Shown here: positions 58,027-64,000 of the stretch, one piece after another
How the letters are laid out: each line of letters starts with the position of its first letter
Position numbering within the stretch: the first letter of the stretch is position 1
From: an uncultured delta proteobacterium
GTDB taxonomy: Bacteria > Myxococcota_A > Polyangia > Haliangiales > Haliangiaceae
Reading direction: 5' to 3'
Length of the DNA: 64,000 nt
Assembly: GCA_963848295.1 (NCBI GenBank)
Contig: CAWKDB010000001.1
Span: 65,109-129,108, forward strand
Position numbers and translations under genes: made by a program
Notes under the pieces: generated by a model
What the model was told of the DNA's origin: nothing
What the model saw: only the letters and a program-made list of their open reading frames with translations
The model's database searches: none

Positions 58027-59299
58027 AAAAGAACGCAGCTACAGCCGCAACTTGCGGACGCTTTGCGCGAGTGCCCAACCGTCGGGGGCCATTGGGGGCC
58101 CGAACGATCGAAGTTGCGGGCTTGATCCACCGACTGGCGCCGCTATTCGCGATCGGTAGGAGAGCACCTTCGCGGAGCGCGACCTTGAGCTTGCCGATTT
58201 CAGCGCAGAGCGCGGGCCAGGGCGGCGACGTGTAGACGTCGATCATGTCCGACGTCGGGCCGTGCGTGACCCATCGGAGAAGTCCGTCGATCGCGCCGTC
58301 GGTTCGCGCAAGCGTGATGAAGGTGCGACGCATGTCGTGGCCGCGCCGGTTCATCTTGACGCCGGCCTTGGTGCGAAGGCCGAGTAGTTCCAGATCGGCG
58401 ACGAGTTGTCGCTGTGACTCGTTCGCCCCCCGCGCCGTCCCGGCCGGATTCTCATCGCTCATGTTGCGTGTGGGCACAATGAAGTCGTCGGCACTTGGAC
58501 GGCGGCCGTAGATGGCGTTCCAACCGGAGAGCTTCCAGCGTTCGAGCAGCTTCGCCAGCGTGGGATGGACCGGGACCGTGCGCGGTACTCCACTCTTGGT
58601 TAGCCCGAGATGAATGGCGCCAAGCGGCTCCGCCGTCGCATCGTATTGTCCCCACGTGAGGCCCGCCGCTTCGCCGTGACGGAGTGCCGCGAGCGACTTC
58701 AAGGCGTAGAGCATTCGCCGATCGGGTAGAAGCCGCTCGTCGGATATCAGCTGTTCCACCTCGTCGCGCGAGTAGATTGCCCGATGCCGCCACGTCGGGT
58801 CCTTGTCGGCTTTTTTCGGTAGCGTGCCGCGCTCGAAGATCACCGGGTTCGCGTCGATCACTTCCTCGATAGCCGCGCTCTTGAACATCGTGTGCAACAA
58901 GCCCGAGACCTGACGGATGGTGCGAGGCGCGAGTTTCCCTTCGGCGCGTAGCTCAAGGATGAGGTCTCGGACATGGCGTGGCTTCACCGCGTCCAGCTGC
59001 ATCGACCCGATGCGAGGCAGCGCGTGCTTTTCCAGCCGAGCGCGATCGTCACCCGCGTTCGCGTTGGTGCGTTTCGTAAGCCACGCCTCGGCGTACTCCG
59101 CGACCGAGGGCACTGGCGTCGCCGGCAGAGGCGGCGGGTTGATGAGTCGCTCGATGTGGGCTTTCTCGGCTTTGATTGCTGAGGCCCGGGTGTTCAGCGG
59201 TGCCTTGCCACGGACTTTGCGTCGCGTACCATCCGGCAGTCTCACCCACCGCCCGTAGTACCAATGGTTGTCTCGGTCGCGTCGTTTGAATGCGGCCAC
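57986..59299 (-). CDS. int: Tyrosine recombinase/integrase whose ORF spans the att core
   Basis: ALRHGE (R), TKSG (K), HDMRR (HxxR), THG..DVY (H,Y); GGAG RBS before GTG 59299; no stop until 57986 inside the tRNA. Confidence 0.9.
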   Translation of the reverse strand: MAAFKRRDRDNHWYYGRWVRLPDGTRRKVRGKAPLNTRASAIKAEKAHIERLINPPPLPATPVPSVAEYAEAWLTKRTNANAGDDRARLEKHALPRIGSMQLDAVKPRHVRDLILELRAEGKLAPRTIRQVSGLLHTMFKSAAIEEVIDANPVIFERGTLPKKADKDPTWRHRAIYSRDEVEQLISDERLLPDRRMLYALKSLAALRHGEAAGLTWGQYDATAEPLGAIHLGLTKSGVPRTVPVHPTLAKLLERWKLSGWNAIYGRRPSADDFIVPTRNMSDENPAGTARGANESQRQLVADLELLGLRTKAGVKMNRRGHDMRRTFITLARTDGAIDGLLRWVTHGPTSDMIDVYTSPPWPALCAEIGKLKVALREGALLPIANSGASRWIKPATSIVRAPNGPRRLGTRAKRPQVAAVAAFFLATPTGFEPVLPA

Positions 59300-59301
59300 G
59301 T

Positions 59302-59490
59302 TCAACTCCGTGCGCGGCGCGCAGCCGCGTTGCAGATGTCGCGTACCCAGTCCACCAGCGGAGCGCCACCCGCGGCGCGAAGCCATCCGCGGTGTTCGCT
59401 CTCGGTGAGCCGGACCTTTACTTGCCGGTCGGACGTCCCAGTCACGATCCGTCGCGGTCGCCCGATCTTTGGCGCCTGCGGCTTGGGCAT
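59302..59490 (-). CDS. Small DNA-binding protein, ribbon-helix-helix-like
   Basis: GRP motif then QVKVRLTESEH..LVDWVRD; ends 2 nt before the int start. Confidence 0.6.
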   Translation of the reverse strand: MPKPQAPKIGRPRRIVTGTSDRQVKVRLTESEHRGWLRAAGGAPLVDWVRDICNAAARRARS

Positions 59491-59550
59491 GAACTCATCG
59501 TGCGCTTTCGGTACCGAATCGTCCAGAACCTTTTTGGTACCGTAAGGCAC

Positions 59551-60732
59551 TCAACGGATCCTTTCGAGGAAACGGCGCCCACCCCCTCTCTCGTGGAATT
59601 GGGCCGGGTCACTCGTAGCGGTCTTGCCCGGACTCGTCCTCTCGTTCCACGGGGTGGAGAGCATCGGGGGAACACCGCCAACGCCTTCACCACTCGATGT
59701 GGTGGCGGTCTTGAACGTCGGAAGTGAGAGCACCCAGCCGCCACTCTCTCGGGTGGACACCACGCCCAACCCCTGCCGCGCTCGCTCAAACGTCCGCTTC
59801 GACACCCCAGTTTCTTTGCGGACCTTCTCCTCTGCGTCCGTTGTCGGAATTGGACCGGCGTCTAGGACCTTCCGCAACGCCGCGGTCGCATCGACGAGCC
59901 CGCTTGATTGCTCGTCGTCGGGGTCCGCTACGGCTGCGAGTTCATCGGCCGAGACGTCGACCTCGACGCCCCAGTCGACTCGTCCAACTTCGCCCGCTTC
60001 GACGATCCGATACTTGAGGCTGCGAGGGATCTGCCCGACGTTCGACTTCGACACCGCGAGAAGACGTCCGGTGGGGTCGACCGGGTCCACAGCTGCGAGC
60101 ATCGCCAAGCGCGCCGCGCCAACGATCCCGATAGACCCGCCACCGCGGTACAGCGCCGGACCACTCGTCTTACGCAGGTGACGGACGATCAGGATCGCGG
60201 CGCCAGTCCTCTCGGCGACCGTTGTAAGCCGACGCAGCATGCGGCGAACGTCCTCGTCGCGGTGGGCGTCGACGTCTGGCGGAAGGTGGGCCATCAGAGG
60301 ATCGATCACGACCAGACGAGCCCGGCGGCTATCGATTGCAGCCGAAAGCCGCTCGATGTGGTCTGCGGACAACGTGGGGGCTGCATCTGGCTCCTCAGAC
60401 TCTGGCATCGCGTCGAGCACGTGAACGCGCGCGGTATCTGCCCGAGCGGCATCGAGGCGTGGGCGGATCACCGATGCAACGTGGTCCTCAGCGGACATCA
60501 GGATCACGTCGGCTGGGTCGCGCGCATCGGTCTCCGTCGGCATCGGAGTGCCGGTCGTGATGCGTGCCGCGAGGTCCGCTGTGATCGTGCTCTTGCCCAG
60601 TCCAGGGTCGCCGTCGAGCAGCGTCAGCATCCCGAGGGGAATGCGGCTCCGCCACAGCCAACTAATGGACTGCGGTTGGACGTCCGATAGCCGGGTTAGG
60701 CGCGCGGGGATCGGGCCACCGTCGCGGCTCAT
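59551..60732 (-). CDS. AAA ATPase, RepA/AAA_25-like helicase
   Basis: WLWRSRIPLGMLTLLDGDPGLGKST (Walker A), MSAED, LVVIDP (Walker B), IVRHLRK; C-terminal HTH-like region. Confidence 0.85.
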   Translation of the reverse strand: MSRDGGPIPARLTRLSDVQPQSISWLWRSRIPLGMLTLLDGDPGLGKSTITADLAARITTGTPMPTETDARDPADVILMSAEDHVASVIRPRLDAARADTARVHVLDAMPESEEPDAAPTLSADHIERLSAAIDSRRARLVVIDPLMAHLPPDVDAHRDEDVRRMLRRLTTVAERTGAAILIVRHLRKTSGPALYRGGGSIGIVGAARLAMLAAVDPVDPTGRLLAVSKSNVGQIPRSLKYRIVEAGEVGRVDWGVEVDVSADELAAVADPDDEQSSGLVDATAALRKVLDAGPIPTTDAEEKVRKETGVSKRTFERARQGLGVVSTRESGGWVLSLPTFKTATTSSGEGVGGVPPMLSTPWNERTSPGKTATSDPAQFHERGGGRRFLERIR

Positions 60733-60944
60733 TGACGGCCCCCGGGATTCGAGCCGATGAGTAGGGCGCGTTCAACGTCGGACCGACGGCCCAGCCACGC
60801 CTTGCCAACCTTGCGCAGCACTCCTGCGGCAACAAGGTCGGGGATCCAGGTCCACCACGTTCTCCGAGTCGAACCCGGTACGATCTCGATCAGCTTTCGA
60901 ACAGTCCAGCGCTCAACGGGGCCAGAAGACAACAGAGCGTCCAT
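60729..60944 (-). CDS. Small winged-helix / excisionase-like protein
   Basis: 71 aa, WTVRKL..GSTRRTWWTWI..GVLRKVGKAWLG; ATGA-coupled to the AAA gene. Confidence 0.5.
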   Translation of the reverse strand: MDALLSSGPVERWTVRKLIEIVPGSTRRTWWTWIPDLVAAGVLRKVGKAWLGRRSDVERALLIGSNPGGRQ

Positions 60945-61146
60945 CAATCACGCGTGCGCAGTGCGCATCCGTGTTTGCCATATCCCAGGCGTTCGCATCG
61001 TAGAGCGGTAGTCGGACGCCTGACGGCATCTGGGGTTTGCCCTCTCGACTAACAATTCCGTTCCGTGGCCAACCAATATAAGTACGATCCGTCGGCGGTC
61101 AACTCCCCCTGATCGGCTCGGCAACTATTGAAGCGGAAGGATCGCC

Positions 61147-61857
61147 ATGTACCTCTCCGGCGTCGTCATCGCGGTGATCATCTTTCTGGTACTCGGATGG
61201 ATCGGCAACGCGAAGCGGCAGGTGGCGCTCTCCGTCGTCGGCACCGTCCAGAACATCGAACACGAGGTCTCACAGCTGGTGCAGAGCCTGTGCGTCGAAG
61301 CGGCGCGTTGTCGCATCGCGTTGCTGGCGGCCGGCCTTGAGCCCCCTGACGATCCCAGCCTCGCGGCATTTGCCGAGGAGAGGCTGCATCGAATCGCGGC
61401 GCTCACCGGCGCCCCCGTCGACACCAGCTCGTCGGGATCGGTGCTCAAGTTAGTCTCGGCAAACTGGTTCGAGAGCCCGATGGAACTCGACCGATGGGTC
61501 AACGTCGCGCCCACGCGGCCGACGCTGGCAATCGCTGTTCCTGCTAGCCCCGGGAGCACACGTCCTGAACGCCCGAGGGCGTTGAACCCTCGCGCGATGC
61601 CACTGCCCTATGACGGGCTCACACCTGCCTTCACGACGCGCAATGCGCCGACGGTGGCTCGCGAGACGGAGAAGTCCGGGCGGGAGCGGCGGGCGCGACA
61701 CGCCTATGCCGGCGCGATGGGCCTGAAGAACGGCGGTTATTTCGACGACGCCTATCATGCGTTTCGGCGCGTCGCCCGAGAGCATCCCGACACCGTAGCT
61801 GGCCGCCTCGCCGGTCATATGGCGACGACCGTCGACGAATGGCGGCGCAGCACTTAG
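61147..61857 (+). CDS. Hypothetical membrane-anchored protein (element cargo)
   Basis: GGAAGGA RBS, N-terminal TM, C-terminal TPR-like helix pair. Confidence 0.6.
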   Translation: MYLSGVVIAVIIFLVLGWIGNAKRQVALSVVGTVQNIEHEVSQLVQSLCVEAARCRIALLAAGLEPPDDPSLAAFAEERLHRIAALTGAPVDTSSSGSVLKLVSANWFESPMELDRWVNVAPTRPTLAIAVPASPGSTRPERPRALNPRAMPLPYDGLTPAFTTRNAPTVARETEKSGRERRARHAYAGAMGLKNGGYFDDAYHAFRRVAREHPDTVAGRLAGHMATTVDEWRRST

Positions 61858-62035
61858 AACAGAGTCGAAGGGTTTTCGGATCTCGGCACTGACTCGTACC
61901 TCGCGGGCTCGAATTGAAAACCGAAACCGGAGACAGGGGAGGGGCTCGACGGGCTTGGTTCGCTCGGTCGGCGGCTTTGTCGCACTGCGCGTGAGTTGCC
62001 CGACTTGCGGGTGAGAATTTGGCGGTGTTCGCGGC

Positions 62036-62569
62036 TCACGGGGCAAGCGGGTGGGCCTTGAGGGACTTGGCCGTAGTGCCGATGAGTCGATTGCACCACC
62101 TGAGAAGGTCAAGACCGGTGCGGTCTCGATACGAGTGAAGGCACGACTGGTAGCTTTGGCTGACATCGACCGACGCCCACATGTTCGCCAATAGGTACGG
62201 TTGCGCACGCTTCATCCCCTCCGCTGCCCATGACTTGCAAACTGCTAGCGGCCTAAGATCGAGACTAGACGCGTCCCCGGTGGTGCCCGCCTTGACCCAA
62301 GCCAGGAAGACGCTTGGCTTGGACGTGCGCAGCCAATCGGTGACGCAGCCGCAGAGAGCTTTCGTCTGCTCGTCGGGGAACCCGCCCTGCGCGCTCTTCA
62401 CACAATTGCGAACCGAGGTGTCGATCGCACCCGGTTCGTCGAGGACCCCGCCGTTGACGTCGGTGATTGCCCCGCTCGTTGCGAGACTCCCGTCGTGGGG
62501 GGCTTCTGGCGGCGCGGCAGCTACTACGCCCGTGGACAACGCGACGAATATTACGGCACCAACTTTCAT
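62036..62569 (-). CDS. Secreted Cys-rich hypothetical protein (element cargo)
   Basis: GAGGAG RBS, signal peptide, six Cys including CGC. Confidence 0.65.
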   Translation of the reverse strand: MKVGAVIFVALSTGVVAAAPPEAPHDGSLATSGAITDVNGGVLDEPGAIDTSVRNCVKSAQGGFPDEQTKALCGCVTDWLRTSKPSVFLAWVKAGTTGDASSLDLRPLAVCKSWAAEGMKRAQPYLLANMWASVDVSQSYQSCLHSYRDRTGLDLLRWCNRLIGTTAKSLKAHPLAP

Positions 62570-62923
62570 CGCTCACTCCTCGGCAACCAACTCGCTAAAC
62601 TAATTAGTTTACGCGCGCGGGCGCCGCACCGCGAGCACCGAAGAGCGCGGGCGTAAGCCTGTTGGCACGGACGTCGCGGGTGCCATCGCGGCGCGGGACG
62701 TGGAGTTACGCGGCTTCCAGGAACAATCCGCCGCTGTTCGCCGCAATCGTTGGGATGTCCGTACGGCGTCATGTGGAGAGGAGAGGGGGTGGGCGCACCG
62801 ATCGGGGAACGAGGCTCTAACGTTCAATCGCGCCTTCGACAGAGACGTAGTCCGTCTTCGCGGCACTCGTTGGTGCTCGGTTGCGCCGGGACGCTGCCGA
62901 CTGAAACACGATACAACGGCACG

Positions 62924-63808
62924 ATGCTGATTCGACGCCAAGTTTGGCTCTCTGGGGTTCTTGCGGTTGCGATCCTCGGGACGGCCAACGGGTCCCCGGT
63001 CACCACGTCGGTTCACCCATCGACGCTCACCGCCAACAGCACAAACCGCGTCCTCTTTGCACTGCGCGCGGCTGATGGGGCGCCGTACACCCTCTCGACG
63101 GGCGACACGGTCAACTTCGTCGTCCGGTGCAACGCGGCCAACGGGGCTGTCGCGCTATCGAACGTCGGTCCGGCGGTAGTGACATCAAACCCGGCAGTAC
63201 TGGGGTTGCAAGGGACGTGGGTCAGCAGTGTCGTCGGGACCGACACGATCGTTCTGACCTATACGGCTGGCGCGACGAACACGTTCAACTCGAACGATGT
63301 GATCGCTGTGGCGGCCGACATCACGCCCGGAGCGAGCCCACCGAACAGTGGTGAGTACGGCTTCTTCGTCAACGGGGTGCTCGCTAACGGAACGAGCAAC
63401 GGGGACATTGCTACGCTCGCCTTCGTCGGGTTCCCGGTTGGCCCGGCTGGACCTGCGGGACCTCAAGGACCTGCGGGGCCTCAAGGACCTGTCGGGCCTC
63501 AGGGGGCGCCGGGCGTGTCGGTGACGGGGGTAACAGAACCGCCGGGAAACAACTGCGCCGCGGGCGGTGTCGCGTACACGTCGATTGACGGAACCAACTA
63601 CGTCTGCGACGGGACGATGGGAAGCATGGGCGACATCGGAACTCCGGGCCCGCAAGGATCGGCTGGCCAGTCTGGCGCGGCGGGTGCGGCCGGCGCGGAC
63701 GGACGCAACGGTGGTTGCTCGGTGGGGGACGCGGGGCCATCGTCGATGAGCGCGCTTGCTCTCGCCCTGCTGTGCCTCCGGCTGCGGAGGCGGCGAGTCG
63801 ACCGGTGA
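62924..63808 (+). CDS. Collagen-like surface protein with MYXO-CTERM-like tail (element cargo)
   Basis: Signal peptide, beta-rich domain, two Gly-X-Y tracts flanking EPPGNNCAAGG..YVCDG, GGCS + hydrophobic + RRRR. Confidence 0.8.
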   Translation: MLIRRQVWLSGVLAVAILGTANGSPVTTSVHPSTLTANSTNRVLFALRAADGAPYTLSTGDTVNFVVRCNAANGAVALSNVGPAVVTSNPAVLGLQGTWVSSVVGTDTIVLTYTAGATNTFNSNDVIAVAADITPGASPPNSGEYGFFVNGVLANGTSNGDIATLAFVGFPVGPAGPAGPQGPAGPQGPVGPQGAPGVSVTGVTEPPGNNCAAGGVAYTSIDGTNYVCDGTMGSMGDIGTPGPQGSAGQSGAAGAAGADGRNGGCSVGDAGPSSMSALALALLCLRLRRRRVDR

Positions 63809-64000
63809 TCACCTGCGCGGTGTCCACCCGGTGCCCAAACGAGAGAGTCGCGACGTTCACGGTCGCCAACGATAGTGCGCAAACGTCATCGTCGCAGCGA
63901 GTCGAGTTCGGTTCCGATTACAGTCGCTTGCTCGGTTCCGCAACGATCTCCGTGGCGTCCGCGTCGGTGCGCGGCTCCCCTTCGAATCCCGTCGGGGTCG

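Larger units (their letters stand above)
58004..64000. mobile_element. ~6 kb integrative element inserted in the tRNA-Glu 3' end
   Basis: TTCGAATCCCGTCGGGGTCG at 58004-58023 and 63981-64000 (second copy cut by the window edge); integrase adjacent to the tRNA. Confidence 0.9.

Noticed and set aside
63440..63510. Tandem 18-bp-like nucleotide repeats (GGACCTGCGGG.CCTCAA)
   Set aside because: Explained by Gly-Pro-X collagen coding.
58027..63980. Call as a complete prophage or conjugative element
   Set aside because: No structural, lysis, relaxase or T4SS genes are recognisable.

Overview
High-GC chromosomal window from a probable myxobacterium (MYXO-CTERM tails, many Ser/Thr kinases, PEGA proteins). 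The 16S looks Haliangiales/Kofleriaceae-like by recollection only and needs a database check. Core content: TCA genes (sucC with a 1-nt frameshift, sucD, icd, mdh), a split minimal ethanolamine locus (eutB ... eutC-eutL), one rRNA operon (16S, tRNA-Ile, 23S, 5S), tyrS, rny, 5-formyl-THF cyclo-ligase, tRNA-Lys, tRNA-Glu and five Ser/Thr kinases. Three mobile or recombination features stand out. (1) A ~6 kb integrative element in tRNA-Glu (58004-64000) whose integrase ORF runs through the att core, so integration and excision swap its C-terminus; it also carries an RHH-like regulator, a RepA-type AAA helicase, a Xis-like protein and three envelope cargo genes. (2) A complete 2312-bp IS with 15-bp TIRs and a 6-bp TSD interrupting a histidine phosphatase gene. 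(3) A diverged duplication of the sucD 3' end flanking an S41-like lipoprotein gene. Many start codons sit directly behind a -10-like hexamer, suggesting leaderless transcripts. All functional calls come from motif recognition by eye; no searches were run.
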